Shown here: positions 11,664-23,953 of the stretch, piece after piece | Layout of the letters: each line of letters opens with the position of its first letter | How positions within the stretch are numbered: position 1 is the first letter of the stretch | IMG/VR virus record: IMGVR_UViG_3300028832_000101 | Coordinates: 1-49,379 of that record | Strand: one strand, 5' to 3' | DNA length: 49,379 nt | DNA from: a virus | Taxonomy: Duplodnaviria; Heunggongvirae; Uroviricota; Caudoviricetes | Made by a program: the position numbers and the translations under genes | The notes under the pieces: generated by a model | Databases searched by the model: none | What the model saw: the letters and a program-made list of their open reading frames with translations, nothing else | What the model was told of the DNA's origin: nothing

Positions 11664-11759
11664 ATTATTCTCCTTTCAGGAGATATGATAATTATCTTTC
11701 ATATTTCTAAATTATTATTAAAAATCACTTTTATAAATGAGCCTGCTATGCCCAAAAAG

Positions 11760-13517
11760 CTATTTCTTTGAAAAAAACATCATATCTGAAATATTTCTCT
11801 TTTTTCTTTTCTTTTTTCTATCTTCTTCTTGCTTAATATAATATAGTCCATATTCAAAAGCAGAAAACTTATCTTTAGGAATACTTCTACTAGATTGCTT
11901 CAATATAATATTTACACCTTCATTTTCTTCTACTAAATTAAGCATTTGTTCTCTTAAAATTGTAGTTAAAGTAAAAGGCATTAAAAATTCAGCACGTTTA
12001 TCCGCATCCATATTTTGTCCTACTTTTGTACTCATTAATTTTACTTTTGCTTGACCTTCGTCAATTAAGAATTTTATTTTACCACTAAATAATTGAGTTT
12101 GAACATAACTATGAGCTTCAGTATTTATTGGCGCATTTGCCTTAATTAAATACATAGCATTTTCTTCTACTCCAGGACCTTTTATTTTTTTATAAGGTTC
12201 TAAAATATCTTCAGCAGTTCCGCCTTCAACTCCAAATGGTGGTAGTTCTTCTCCTGTTTCTGGATCCATTTGACCTTTAGTCATAAAATCTACAAATCCA
12301 GCACCAAGACCATTCGCATCGATTGCAATTATCTTCGCTTTATATTTATAAAATAATTTTTTAACATTGATTGCTTGTTTTTCAAAATCTTCTGCTTCAT
12401 ATGAATATAAATTTACAAGAGTCTTCAAAGCAGCGCCTTGAACTTGCGGAGTTACTTTAAACACACAAACTTCGGTAGTACATTTAAAACGTCCAACATC
12501 GACTCCAAGTACATAATAAGCACTTTTGCTACTTCTCCCACTAAATTCATATTCTGGTTGTAATAATACTCTATGTTTATCAAATTTCTCTGCAGAGAAG
12601 AATGCATTTTCTGCATCTCCAGACCACTCTGATTCATATTCACGAGCAAAAGAACTATCATTATAAGTTCCATCTAATTTTAATTCTTCAATAAAAGATT
12701 TTTTCAACAAACCTTCAATTACTGGGACGCGCCAGGTTCCGCCTAGAACGACCGCTTCCGCAGGTTCAATTATTTGTTGGATAAGTATTTGTATTAATTT
12801 ATCATATGCAAAACTATTTTTTCATCCCGCAGTAGTTACATATATTTGAGATTTATTAACAGTTTCTTCTTCAATTCTTGTTCCATCCGCCAATCTTCGG
12901 TCAACGTTCATGGTTGGAATAATAACTTCATTTAATAATGTTTGGTCTATTAAGATACACTCTTCCATCAAACCTCCAGTAGCACGTTTACCACGGGAAC
13001 TTTGTTGAGCAGCCATAATATCTAATTTACTACCATTTTTAAATTTATATTCAACCATATTCTTACTTGCTTTTGTTTGACCTCTTGTCCAGTCAATTTC
13101 ATTTTTTAAACCTGGAATTAATTTACAAAGCTCTTCCGCTTTTTCTCTTGCTATTCCAGCAGCTTGTTCTTTTCCTCCAGTTGTAACGAATAAATGTGCG
13201 CCTGGGAAAAGTACACATCTTAACATTAAAATTAACACAGATAAGAAAGATTTTGAATAGGCACGAGGAAAGGTTGCATATGCATATCTATGACGCATTA
13301 CCGCCCTTAAGAATACTCTTTGATAAAAGAATAAACTAAAATTTTCAGGATTATTTTCTCCGCAAAGGAATTCCACAAACATATCAGGATATTCACGCCA
13401 AAAGGAAACATACTGTCTAATTATAGGTAAATTATCTTTTATTCTTTCTTCAGATATCCCTACTTTTTTTAGCATACTTTTATCTTTAGATAATTCCATT
13501 AAATCAGAAAGAGCCAT
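11760..13517 (-). CDS. terL: Terminase large subunit, 585 aa with one TGA read as Trp
   Basis: ATPase half (FPRAYSKS, GLMEE, YVTTAG) and nuclease half (GVDVGR, IAIDANGLG, KDKFSA) join through TGA at 12822-12824 (VTTAG-W-KNSFAY). Confidence 0.9.
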
Positions 13518-13518
13518 T

Positions 13519-14772
13519 TTATATCTCTCCTTCCTCATCAAGGCCGAATTCATTATTTTCTATTAAAATATTGTTATCTTGTTCTTTTTGTGCTTCAACT
13601 TCTTCCATGAATGCAGCATAATCTTCATCTTCAAGTTCTAATGCCCCATCTTGTGCTGCGGCCTCTGCCTCATTCATTTCTTTTTGAATTTGAATTTTCT
13701 TTAAAGCATCTTCTATTTGTTGTCCAAAACCTAAGTCTTGAGTAACTAATTTATGTAAATAATCATTCATATCTTTTAAAGTTAAATCAACTTTATCTTG
13801 TGGAATATCAGTTGCATATCTAGGAATAAATCCTTCTCTTTCACACATAGCAACTAATTCTCCAACGCTATCTACGAAATCATTTTTATCTTCTTTATTT
13901 TGAGCTGCTGTAAATTTAGCTGATTTTCTTAAACTTTCAGATACTCTTGATAATTTTTGATAACTATCAATATCTTCCATATCTAGAGCATGGTTCATTT
14001 TTAAATTTGTTTTACAAATTAGAATTAATGTATTAATTGTATCCGCATCTTGAATATCAAATGACTCTGTCATTTCATTATACATTCTTTCTAATTCAAC
14101 CCATTCTGAAGGTTTATAAAAACGACCTCATTTCATAACTAGATAAATTTTATCATCATCAGTTAAATCTGCACCTAAATCTACCATATCATCTTCGCTC
14201 ATATATTGAGAATCGTCTAATCCGATAGATCCTCCAACCATTGGAACTTGTCCTATTGGTTGACCTGGATTTACAAAATCTTGAGCAGGCATTTCCGCAT
14301 GTTTTGTTTCAGTTTGTGTTAAAGTTTTATATTCAGCTTCACTAATTTCTCCATTTTCAAATCTTTCTTTAGCTTCAGCTTCTCTTTCCGCAACTTCTTT
14401 TGCATGTTCTTCTGCTCTTGCCGCATATTCTTGTTGTAATCTTTCAGTGTCTTCCCAACCAAATTCGCGCCATTGTTTTAGTTTCATTTTAGATAAATAT
14501 CTACCAAAAACAGATTGACAAGTTAATTTGCTAGGGTCTTTTTCATAAATTCTATCTCTTAATGTATTTCATTCTTCAGGAATATAAGGAACATTCATCT
14601 TTTCTAATAACCATAGAAATGATTTCTCATCAAAATTATCAATGTGCATTGTCAAACATTTTTTACACATTTCAGTTTTCGTTCCATCTTTATAAGTGAA
14701 AAACTGATTTTCATCCATAGTCTTTCCGCATTTAGTACAATAATATCTTGGTTTCTCATTCATAATATTCAT
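13519..14772 (-). CDS. Packaging-region protein with N-terminal Zn ribbon, 417 aa with two TGA read as Trp (small terminase candidate)
   Basis: Three ORF fragments join in frame via TGA at 14569 and 14128 (YIPEE-W-NTL; LVMK-W-GRFYKPSEW); CxxC...CxxC at N-terminus; abuts terL. Confidence 0.75.
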
Positions 14773-14780
14773 CTCCTATC

Positions 14781-15848
14781 TTACTTCTTTTTATTTCTAC
14801 ATTCTTTACAGATACTATAGAATCCATCTTTTGAAGTTTTATTTTTTGAAAAATAAATATTATGAGCTAACTTTACTTGTCCACATCTAGAACACTTTTT
14901 CCATTTTCCGCGTTCTTTAAAAGTATAATACCAGTTCAAATATTCTTTGACCGCTGTCTCCGCAATAAGTTTAGGTATTTTATTTCTTCATAGTGAACTT
15001 ATATATTCAACAGAATGTTTAATTCCATATTTTAATTCTAGTAAAAATTGGATTTCCGCATTACTTCTACCATCAATTTTATAAATAACTAAATCATAGT
15101 ATAAAGGATAATCATCTTGTAATGCATGGTCTACTAAATTTTCTAAATCATACATCATATAATAGCAGTCATTATCAAATTTATCCATTGTTTCACCTTT
15201 TAAGGCACTATAATTACAAAGTAATGCTGATATATGTTTAGGATTAAAAAAAGAACATAATCCATCACTTACAGGCATATTGTTTTCATCTAAAGTAATT
15301 GTTTCTTGTAAATCCGCTCTAGAAAAAGATTTTACCGCATTTGAACTAAATACAGGTTGTTTAACATTATTTTTTATTGTATATTGTTCTTGACACATTT
15401 CAATTAAATGTTTTTTTAATAAATATTTTCTTTTACCTGTTGCTCTTGTGGCTTGATCTCTTACAGATTCAATAGCCTCGTTCAAATCTTTTAGAGCAGG
15501 GATCTCCGCAATATCTTTAGGTGTTATCGCAATTTTAGGAGTTAATAAAACATTTTTATCATTATCTATTGTTATGTTATATAAACCATCTTCTCCATTT
15601 TCAAATTTACTAACTAAATTTTGATATGAGGTTTCCCGCTTATTTATTGTTATCATTCTATTATCAGTTAAAATATTTTTTTCTTTTTTCTCTTGTTTAT
15701 CCATTGCAAATATAATATAATTACTTAATATTTCCATATATCTTTCAGTTAATTGATTAGGAGGAGTTTGCTTGATTATTTCTTCTACTAAAGCTTTTCT
15801 TTCTTCTGGAGTTTTTAATGAGTAATCTAATTTAATTTTATTCTCCAT
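14781..15848 (-). CDS. Hypothetical DNA-binding protein with C-terminal Zn finger, 355 aa with one TGA read as Trp
   Basis: Readthrough of TGA at 14988 (YISSL-W-RNKIPKL) adds CSRC...CKEC and ends at TAA 14781. Confidence 0.8.
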
Positions 15849-15975
15849 ATTTAATTAAGCTCCCTTCTTAATCATTTTTGTCCTCTTTGTTATAAATATT
15901 ATAACTAAAATTTTTTGTTTTGTCTACTTGACTTTGTAAAAAATTTCCGCAATACTATAGTTGTAGGAGGGTGAA

Positions 15976-16260
15976 ATGATAAACAGTGAACAATTAAATT
16001 ATGACTATGAAAATCATCCAAAATATAATGTGATTGATTTCTTTTTAAAAGATGAATTTGGGACTTATAAATTTCAAAAGCGATATAAAGATGATGAAAT
16101 TGCATGGATTCCCGCAGATTTAGATAGATATTTTTTACCTGAATGAATAGGTTTCTTACTTGTTGGAAGAAGCGCTGAATTCGGAGACTTTGGTGTTGAT
16201 AGTGGCGATATAGTACAAGAGAGAAATAAAGGTAAAGTAAAAAGAAGAGTCCGTAATTAG
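15976..16260 (+). CDS. Hypothetical protein, 94 aa with one TGA read as Trp (absent from ORF track)
   Basis: TTGACT promoter, GGAGG RBS, TGA at 16144-16146, TAG at 16258, then hairpin terminator AAAACTCATA-TGCG-TATGGGTTTT. Confidence 0.7.
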
Positions 16261-16346
16261 AAAACTCATATGCGTATGGGTTTTTTATTTTGATTACTTA
16301 AAAAATAAGTTTTATAATAATTATAATAAAAAGGAATGATATAGAT

Positions 16347-16862
16347 ATGAAAAGAAAAATTTTAATTATAATAATATTTTTAATTGCGGTAATAAATATA
16401 ATGATGGTTGCGCAATATTGTCATTTATATAATATACAAGAGCAAACAGTAAAGATTAATAATAAAATATATAATGGCGGAGGGAACCGATCAGAGAGTC
16501 AGGAAATGCAAATATTGAAGTTAGTGAACGAGGCTAGAGAAAAAGAAGGGCTACAACCGCTTAAATATAATGATAAGGTTGCCGCAGTTGCGCAACTTAG
16601 AGCAGATGAAATGAATAAAAATAAATATTTTGAACATGAAAGACCTAATCATACAAGTTGGGTGACTGCTTATCAAGAATTAGGTGTTGATTATACTATT
16701 GCCGCAGAAAATATTGCACGCGGATTTAGTCAACCTGAAACAGTGGTTGCCGCATGGATGGTATCTGAAGGACATAGAAAAAATATATTAAATCCAAGAA
16801 TAGAATATATGGGAATAGGGATATCTGGATATTATTACGCACAAGAATTTATAAAACCGTAA
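16347..16862 (+). CDS. Secreted CAP/SCP-domain protein, 171 aa
   Basis: Signal peptide; LVNEAR, YFEH, AAENIA and WMVSEGHRKNIL motifs. Confidence 0.85.
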   Translation: MKRKILIIIIFLIAVINIMMVAQYCHLYNIQEQTVKINNKIYNGGGNRSESQEMQILKLVNEAREKEGLQPLKYNDKVAAVAQLRADEMNKNKYFEHERPNHTSWVTAYQELGVDYTIAAENIARGFSQPETVVAAWMVSEGHRKNILNPRIEYMGIGISGYYYAQEFIKP

Positions 16863-17267
16863 GATAAGTGAATTGAATTCGTTAATTCGTTAGCTGGGTT
16901 AACTCGTTAATCCATTTTGAAAATGAAGTTAAAGATTTTTGTGTCGTGCCAAAACCATTTTTTAAAAACGAAAAAAATTTTTTCCCATAATACTACCCCC
17001 ATACACCTCGTAGGAATGCTGTGTAGAAACAAAAAAACATTTCTAGATAGCGTGCAAATGCTCGGGTCGCAAACACGCGATGCGATCCGAATTTTTTAAA
17101 TGTAAAGTATTTGTAAAATTTTTGCATTTCAATTTGTCAACTTAACACTTGTTTACATTTTCCTAAAATAAATGTAAAAAAAATAAAAAAATATTAAAAA
17201 AAGTATTGACATTAAATGCTAATAATGATATACTATAATTGTAATAAAGAAAAGAGTTGATTAAATT

Positions 17268-17450
17268 ATGGCAAAAAGTATGTTTAGTAAATATTTTAAG
17301 GTTTGGGTTCAATTTGGTGAACTTACCAATTCAAGAGTTATTATCGGTAAATGTAATACTTACATTGAAGCATGTCATTTACTTGATAAGTGGTTAAAAG
17401 AAAATCCAAATGTTAAATTTCATGCAAAAGGAATGATTTCTTACAAATAA
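17268..17450 (+). CDS. Small hypothetical protein, 60 aa
   Basis: Promoter, AAGAG RBS, TAA stop. Confidence 0.7.
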   Translation: MAKSMFSKYFKVWVQFGELTNSRVIIGKCNTYIEACHLLDKWLKENPNVKFHAKGMISYK

Positions 17451-17650
17451 GTAATCAATTCTCTTGTCAACCTTAATGGGTTGACTTCTCAACTGTTTAA
17501 CTATTCAATGTGATAAGATAAATAAAAGATAATAATAAATAAATGAATTATCACATTGAATAGATAAAATAAATAAAAAAACTATTGACAAATAATAGAT
17601 AAATTGATATAATAATAATGTAATAAATAAATAAGAAATGAGTTGATAAA

Positions 17651-18160
17651 ATGTTAAAATTATTCTTTGATTTAGATGGAACATTAGCAAAGTTCAATAG
17701 TAAAAGAAATGCACTAAAAAGATTTGATAATGAAAAAGGTTTTTTTGCTAATTTAAAACCATTTAAACACATTGAAGTTGTTAATGAATTAGCAAAAAGA
17801 CAAGATATTGAAATCTACATAATAAGTGCAACTCCAAACGAGCAAGCAGACAATGATAAGTTGATTTGGATAAATAAGTATTTGAATAATGTAAAAAAAG
17901 AAAATATTTGTTTTTGTAGATTAGGAAAAAACAAAGCAAAAGAAATCAAACAACAATTAAACATTGACATTGATAAAACTTGTTTATTATTTGATGATTA
18001 CACAAACAATTTAATTGATTGGAAACAATCAAAAGGAATTGGAATAAAAAGATTAACATCAATTGCAAACAACAAAAGCAAAAGATGGAAAGATTATCAA
18101 ATAAAAGATTTAAGACAAATAAATAATTTATTAAATAAGATAATACAAGAAACAATGTAG
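17651..18160 (+). CDS. HAD-family 5'(3')-nucleotidase-like protein, 169 aa
   Basis: FFDLDGTL motif I, ISAT motif II, LFDDY motif IV. Confidence 0.8.
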   Translation: MLKLFFDLDGTLAKFNSKRNALKRFDNEKGFFANLKPFKHIEVVNELAKRQDIEIYIISATPNEQADNDKLIWINKYLNNVKKENICFCRLGKNKAKEIKQQLNIDIDKTCLLFDDYTNNLIDWKQSKGIGIKRLTSIANNKSKRWKDYQIKDLRQINNLLNKIIQETM

Positions 18161-18297
18161 AAAGGTTATTTAAAAACCTTTTCTACTACTTGTAAATTAG
18201 TAGTGTAAACCTTAACAAAAAGTTGTGAAACCATTGACTTTGAGTGAATAACTTGATATAATATAATTGTAATAAAGATAAAGAAAGAGTGATTTAA

Positions 18298-18498
18298 ATG
18301 AAATTAAGATTTGAAGTAAAAGTTGTATTATTTGTATTAGTAATGATTGGAATAGTTGTTGCATTAGGAAAGTCAATTAACTCAATGGAACAAAAGGCAT
18401 ACTCTGATGCAATTACTAGATGTAACGGAGAACAAAATGTAGTTCAAAAATACACATCTCAAGGAGATAAGTATTGGGTTTGCGCTATTGAAAAATAG
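18298..18498 (+). CDS. Small membrane protein, 66 aa
   Basis: N-terminal hydrophobic helix, own promoter. Confidence 0.7.
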   Translation: MKLRFEVKVVLFVLVMIGIVVALGKSINSMEQKAYSDAITRCNGEQNVVQKYTSQGDKYWVCAIEK

Positions 18499-18702
18499 TG
18501 CTTTTTTCTTGCTCGGCTCGCGGGCGCCCACTAAAATCGCTGCGAGCCGCATTTTTTTAATGTAAATGATCTGTAAAGATTTTGTAAACAAAATGTCAAC
18601 TTGCAAATGTGTAAAAAAAATCCTAAAATTGTAAAAAAAGTATTGACTTTTTAATTATTTAATAGTATAATTATTATAGAAAATAGATAAGGAAGTGATA
18701 TT

Positions 18703-18873
18703 ATGATTAGAGAATTATTAATCATCAAAAAACAAGTTTTATTAAATGCTATTGACAATAATGTTAATGACAAAAATAAAATTGCTATCTATTTAAAACA
18801 ATACATTGAAACTGTAAAGAAATTAAAAAATATTGAAAAAAATAATTGACAATGTTGTATTAAAATGATATAA
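18703..18873 (+). CDS. Small hypothetical protein (48 aa if TGA at 18847 stops, 56 aa if read through)
   Basis: Promoter and GGAAGTG RBS; the TGA is part of the next -35 box, so the end is ambiguous. Confidence 0.5.
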
Positions 18874-18905
18874 TTATTATAGAAAATAAAGAAAGAGTTG
18901 ATTTT

Positions 18906-19574
18906 ATGAAATTAAGCAAATTACCATTACCAATTAAATTAATACTTTTTGTATTAGTAAGCATTGTTGCAATAATTATTGATACAATTAGATTTATTGA
19001 TAAATTATTTATTAAATTGCCAAAAGCAATAAGAGTAATATTTGTTTATGGTTTAATTGCTATCATAATTATTAACTACTCTTTTCCAATTGTTAAGGTA
19101 GAAACTAAACAAGTTGAAACTGAAACAATTGTTTACATAGATAGTCAAGAGAGTACTAGAGAACAAGTTAAAGAAACTAGTACTCTTGACTTAAAAAATG
19201 ATAATGCTAATAAAATCTATGCAAAAGCAATAGAATTAGGACTAGACCAAAATCAAGCATTAATAGTTGTTAGTATTTCAAGACACGAAACTGGAAATTG
19301 GACTAGTAAAGCATTTAATAATAACAATAATTTTGGTGGTATAATGACAAATAATGCTACTCAAATTAAAAATTATGAAACTTACGAAGAAGGACTAAAT
19401 GACTTTGTAAGTATTCTAAAAAAATATTATTTTGATTTAGGACTTAACACAATAGAACAAATTGGTGCTAAATATTGTCCTGTTGGTGCTAAAAATGACC
19501 CAAATGGACTTAATAAACATTGGGTTGGTGGTGTTAACACTTTCTATCAAAATTATGTCAACTCTTTACAATAG
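18906..19574 (+). CDS. Membrane-anchored glucosaminidase/lysozyme-fold protein, 222 aa
   Basis: Two hydrophobic segments, then SRHETG, NNNFGGI and IGAKYCP. Confidence 0.75.
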   Translation: MKLSKLPLPIKLILFVLVSIVAIIIDTIRFIDKLFIKLPKAIRVIFVYGLIAIIIINYSFPIVKVETKQVETETIVYIDSQESTREQVKETSTLDLKNDNANKIYAKAIELGLDQNQALIVVSISRHETGNWTSKAFNNNNNFGGIMTNNATQIKNYETYEEGLNDFVSILKKYYFDLGLNTIEQIGAKYCPVGAKNDPNGLNKHWVGGVNTFYQNYVNSLQ

Positions 19575-19807
19575 CAATGTGTAAAATCATTGCTATTTTA
19601 CATTTTTTGTTGGCGGCGCGCGTGCGGCCATCAAAATTGCAGCGCGCCGAATTTTTGTGAGGAACATTTGTTTGGGTTTTTTGATCTGGACTAGGACACG
19701 CCAGGCGGAGTTGCCGCATTCCTGAAAATATTTACAAAAAAATTTAAAAAAGTGTTGACTTTTGTATTTAGATTTGATATAATAATTATAATAAAGAAGG
19801 TGATAAA

Positions 19808-19897
19808 ATGAAAAGATATTATTTTACTGGACTTGTAATTGTTGCATTAACTATTTATCTAGGTGTAAAAATTGCATTAATTTTAATAAATATTTAA
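19808..19897 (+). CDS. 29-aa hydrophobic peptide
   Basis: Promoter 19755, GAAGGTG RBS, single TM-like stretch. Confidence 0.55.
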   Translation: MKRYYFTGLVIVALTIYLGVKIALILINI

Positions 19898-19967
19898 AAA
19901 AAAGTATTGACAAATAATTAAAATAATAGTATAATTATTATAGAAAATAAGAAAAGAGTTGATAACT

Positions 19968-20135
19968 ATGAAAAAAGAAATCGTTCAAGAAATTAAAAAA
20001 TTAGACAAAATGATGGAAGAATTAAACAAAGCATACTTTGATAATTCTTTACCACAAGACGAAATTGATAGAATTGAAAATCTATACAATAGAATACTTA
20101 GAAAAAAAATATTATTAACTTTAAAAATAAGTTAA
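19968..20135 (+). CDS. Small hypothetical protein, 55 aa
   Basis: Promoter 19907, AAGAG RBS, TAA stop. Confidence 0.65.
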   Translation: MKKEIVQEIKKLDKMMEELNKAYFDNSLPQDEIDRIENLYNRILRKKILLTLKIS

Positions 20136-20312
20136 TAATATTTAAAAAAAGTATTGACAATTAAACTATAATTTGATATACTTATAATGTAATAAAGGTT
20201 AGGTAGAAAATGGACGCCGAGTTCGTAAGTCGTCAAAGGTCTTTTCGTAAATCCCACTAAAATCAAAAATCCGACACCCAGTGTACCTTTATTATAAAGT
20301 ATTTGAAAGTGA

Positions 20313-20516
20313 GTGATAATTATGACAATGTATCTTCAAAAAAATTACAATGGCACTTTTGCTATTAGTGTTAAAAACACTATTAAAGATATAGTTTTTA
20401 GAAACTATGATTACCTAGTTGTTATCGACAACCTACCTGGCAAAATGACTTACAAGGCTCTTTGTGAGTTAGTGCAAAAAGAGTTTGGTTGCACAAAGTT
20501 AGTTCTAGATTTCTAG
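20313..20516 (+). CDS. Small hypothetical protein
   Basis: ORF after structured leader. Confidence 0.65.
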   Translation: MIIMTMYLQKNYNGTFAISVKNTIKDIVFRNYDYLVVIDNLPGKMTYKALCELVQKEFGCTKLVLDF

Positions 20517-20531
20517 AACTAACTAAAAATT

Positions 20532-20777
20532 ATGAAAGGTCGTGGAATTATGTTTAAAGCACAAGAATTATTAGAAAGTTTAAATAGAGAATGCTCTATT
20601 GAAGATATTAACGAACTTTACAAAGCAATTATTGCTTATTGTATTGGACTTGACACAATAGATGAAGATAAGTTTAATACAATTATCAATTTCTATTATG
20701 ATAATCCAGTAATTTATAATTTTGCAAATCAAGAATTAATTGATTTTGCAGAAACACTTTACGATGAAGAGATGTAG
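20532..20777 (+). CDS. Small acidic hypothetical protein
   Basis: ORF; stop lies inside hairpin GAGATGTAG-ATT-TACATCTC-TTTT. Confidence 0.7.
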   Translation: MKGRGIMFKAQELLESLNRECSIEDINELYKAIIAYCIGLDTIDEDKFNTIINFYYDNPVIYNFANQELIDFAETLYDEEM

Positions 20778-21077
20778 ATTTACATCTCTTTTACATTTTT
20801 TCGAGCGGCACGGCGGCGACCATAAAATTGGCGCTGTGCCGAAAATTCTGATGTCAATGATCTGTAAAGTTTTCGTCAACAAAATGTCAAATGTAAAAAA
20901 AATTAAAAAAATTCCTAAAAATGCTTGACTTTATTTTTTAAAGTGGTATAATTAATATAGATAAAACAAAAGAGGAGTAAAAATAAATAAATAAAAAAAT
21001 GTAAAATATTTAAAAAAAATGCTTGATTTTGTTTATCTAATTTGTTATAATAATTATAGAAAGTGAGAGTGATAACT

Positions 21078-21206
21078 ATGGCAAAATCAATGAACCCTGC
21101 AAAAAGACACGCAATGCGTGCAATGTACGAGGCAAGAGATAAGGCGAGAAAAGACGCTCGTCTAGGCATCAAACCTCTAAAGGTTAAAAAAGGAAAGAGA
21201 AAATAA
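21078..21206 (+). CDS. 42-aa very basic peptide (MAKSMNPAKRHAMRAMYEAR...)
   Basis: Tandem promoters, GAGAGTG RBS, terminator overlapping stop. Confidence 0.7.
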   Translation: MAKSMNPAKRHAMRAMYEARDKARKDARLGIKPLKVKKGKRK

Positions 21207-21281
21207 TTTCTCTTTTCTTACAAAAACCTATTGACAATTAAAATTAAATAGTGTATAATTAATTTAGAAAATAAAGAAAGA

Positions 21282-22034
21282 GTGATTGAATTGAATAAAA
21301 GAATTGATATTTCAAAAGAAAGATATTTATTATTTGTTGATACTGAAACAATAGGAACATTAAATGTTAAAGATAGTATTTTACCATTTGAAATTGGTAC
21401 AAAAGTTTATGATACTGCAACACAAAAAATTGTTCGTGAAAAAAGTTATTTAGTTAGAAAGTTCTTCAATAATAAATACATAATGTTAAGTACATTTAGT
21501 GCTACAAAATATCCAAAATATTTTGAAAAGTTAGAAAATGATAAAAGATATAAAACTTGTAGTGTAAATGATATAATGCAAGACTTGACAAAAGTAATAA
21601 GTAGATATAATGTAAAGGTTATGGTAGCACACAACGGAAACTTTGACAAAACTGCTATATATCGTTTATGTGAAGATTTTGGAGTTGTAAACCCATTTGA
21701 AAACCTTGATTTACTTGATACAATGGAATTATCAAAAGTGATAACATTTAGTAAAGAATATACTGATTTTTGTATAGAAAATAAAGATATTCTAAACTCA
21801 ATGAAAGATAGTTGCTTTATAACAAATAGTGGTAGAGTTAGAACAACAGCACAAGCAATTTATAGTTTTATAACTCAAAACCCACACTTTGAAGAAGCAC
21901 ACACAGGACTTGAAGATATTGACATAGAAATTGACATTTTCAAGCACTCACTTGACAAGTTAGGAAACACATTAGTTGACTTAAATGTTGCACCAACTTG
22001 GCGTGATTATTCAATAGTACTTGACACTGAATAG
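21282..22034 (+). CDS. DEDDh 3'-5' exonuclease, about 250 aa
   Basis: ExoI VDTET, ExoII AHNGNFD, ExoIII HTGLED. Confidence 0.85.
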   Translation: MIELNKRIDISKERYLLFVDTETIGTLNVKDSILPFEIGTKVYDTATQKIVREKSYLVRKFFNNKYIMLSTFSATKYPKYFEKLENDKRYKTCSVNDIMQDLTKVISRYNVKVMVAHNGNFDKTAIYRLCEDFGVVNPFENLDLLDTMELSKVITFSKEYTDFCIENKDILNSMKDSCFITNSGRVRTTAQAIYSFITQNPHFEEAHTGLEDIDIEIDIFKHSLDKLGNTLVDLNVAPTWRDYSIVLDTE

Positions 22035-22333
22035 TGTCAAGTTTTTGTTTGGCGGCGTGTGGTCGATCGCCACGGGCCCCACACGCCGAATTTTCAGGAA
22101 CTGATCTGATCTGGGTTTTTCGACACGCGTGGCGGCGTTGTAAAGGTGAAAAATTTTTTTCCTAAAATTAAAAAAAATGCTTGACTTTTTATTTTAAAAG
22201 TATTATAATTATTATAGAAAATAAAAGAAAAGCAAAAATAAAAAGTGTAAAAAAATTAAAAAAACTTTTAAAAAATGCTTGACTTTTAAAATCAAAAATA
22301 GTATAATTATTATAGAAAGTGAGAGTGATAGAA

Positions 22334-22489
22334 ATGTCTAAAAAAAGAGTTCAAGTTAAGAAAGTGGTAATTGATAAAAATGCCGCACAATTCATTCGTA
22401 CTGCTGCAAATCTTGCTAGAAAAGGAAAAACTAACAAGAAATTACACGGTCGTAATGCAAACCCTAAAGCAATTAAGTATGCAATTTAA
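22334..22489 (+). CDS. 51-aa basic peptide, paralog of 41832..42086
   Basis: Shares NLxRKGKTNKKL with the 84-aa protein; promoter, RBS and terminator present. Confidence 0.7.
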   Translation: MSKKRVQVKKVVIDKNAAQFIRTAANLARKGKTNKKLHGRNANPKAIKYAI

Positions 22490-22645
22490 TTGCTTTAGGG
22501 AAAACCTCCCAAATGTAAAAAAATTAAAAATATTTAAAAAAAGTGTTGACATCACTTACAAAAAATGTTATAATTAAATTGTAATAAATAAGAAATCCAT
22601 AACTTATTTATTAATAAAAAAATATAGAATAAGGAGAGTGAAATT

Positions 22646-22999
22646 ATGGAAAAGAAAATTACTAAAAGAGATAATTTCAACGAAATTATCAAAATTGCTA
22701 CTGAATTAAATAGAAAGGACTTAATAGAGTTTGCTACTCACGAAATAGAATTATTAGATAGAAAAAAATCTAATGATACTAAAACAAAAGTTCAAGTTGA
22801 AAACGAAGGACTTAAAAATGTTATTGTTGACACATTAACTGAATTAGGTAAGTTCGTTACTATAACTGAATTACAAAATGCTAATGAAGAATTAGCACAA
22901 TTATCAAATCAAAAAATTAGTGCTTTACTAAAACAATTATTTGACAATAAAGTTATCAACAAAAAAGTTGAAAAAAAGAAAGCATACTTTGGTATGTAA
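22646..22999 (+). CDS. Winged-HTH family protein, paralog A
   Basis: TKRD-F...HEIELL N-terminus and LSNQKISALLKQL recognition helix with wing. Confidence 0.8.
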   Translation: MEKKITKRDNFNEIIKIATELNRKDLIEFATHEIELLDRKKSNDTKTKVQVENEGLKNVIVDTLTELGKFVTITELQNANEELAQLSNQKISALLKQLFDNKVINKKVEKKKAYFGM

Positions 23000-23587
23000 A
23001 ATGTAAGTAAAGAGAGTGTCAATTTGCACTCTCTTTACTTTTTTCAGTTTTGATACACCCGGCAGCGTTGGATCGGCCCACTTACGCCCACTTTGTTCAG
23101 CTATGGGCCGTAAAATTAATGTAAAGATCCCTGTAAAGTTTTTGTAAAGCATTGCCGCACTTTACACTATACAATTTTTTTCCTAAAATTATCATTTTTT
23201 TGTTGACTTTTATTTTTAATTTTGTTATAATTATTATAGAAAATAGATAAAGAAAGAAGTGATAAAAAATGTTCTCATTAAAGATTTTTTATAGAATACT
23301 AGAACACTACTACAAAAAAGATAAAAAAAGTTTTGATAGTGTTGTAAAAATATTTTACAAAAAACATAATTTATCTATTGACAATTAAAATATAATTTGT
23401 TATAATTATTATAGAAAAGTTAAGAAAAGACTTTTCAAATAGTATGGTGGCAACTACAAAGCACCTTAAAAAATATTTACATTTATTAAAAAAAAGTATT
23501 GACTTTTAAAATAATAAATGTTATAATATAAATGTAATAAAGATAAGTTAAGACTTTATTACACCATCAAAAAATAGATTAAGGAGA

Positions 23588-23953
23588 GTGATAAATATGA
23601 TGGAAACTAAAAAATTAACTAAAAGAGATTATTTTAATCAATTAAAGGAAATCGTTGGAGACAATGCTGAATTAGTAGCATTTATTGACCACGAAATTGA
23701 ATTACTTGATAAGAAAAAATCAAGCAATACAAAAACTAAAACACAAGTTGAAAATGATAATTTAAAAGAAATTATCAAAGGTATCCTTGTAGAACAAGGT
23801 AAACCACTATCTATCGTTGAAATACAAACTTTTGACGAAACACTTTCAACTTTATCAAATCAAAAAATGTCTGCTTTATTAAAGCAACTTGTTGACAACC
23901 AAGAAATTGGTAAAAAAGTTGAAAAGAAAAAAGCATATTTCTATGCTATGTAA
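23588..23953 (+). CDS. Winged-HTH family protein, paralog B
   Basis: Same family (LTKRDYF, DNAELV, LSNQKMSALLKQL). Confidence 0.8.
   Translation: MINMMETKKLTKRDYFNQLKEIVGDNAELVAFIDHEIELLDKKKSSNTKTKTQVENDNLKEIIKGILVEQGKPLSIVEIQTFDETLSTLSNQKMSALLKQLVDNQEIGKKVEKKKAYFYAM

Noticed and set aside
23269-23388. 39-aa ORF after promoter 23203
   Set aside because: It is plausible (RBS present) but low-complexity and runs into the next promoter, which is too weak to list.
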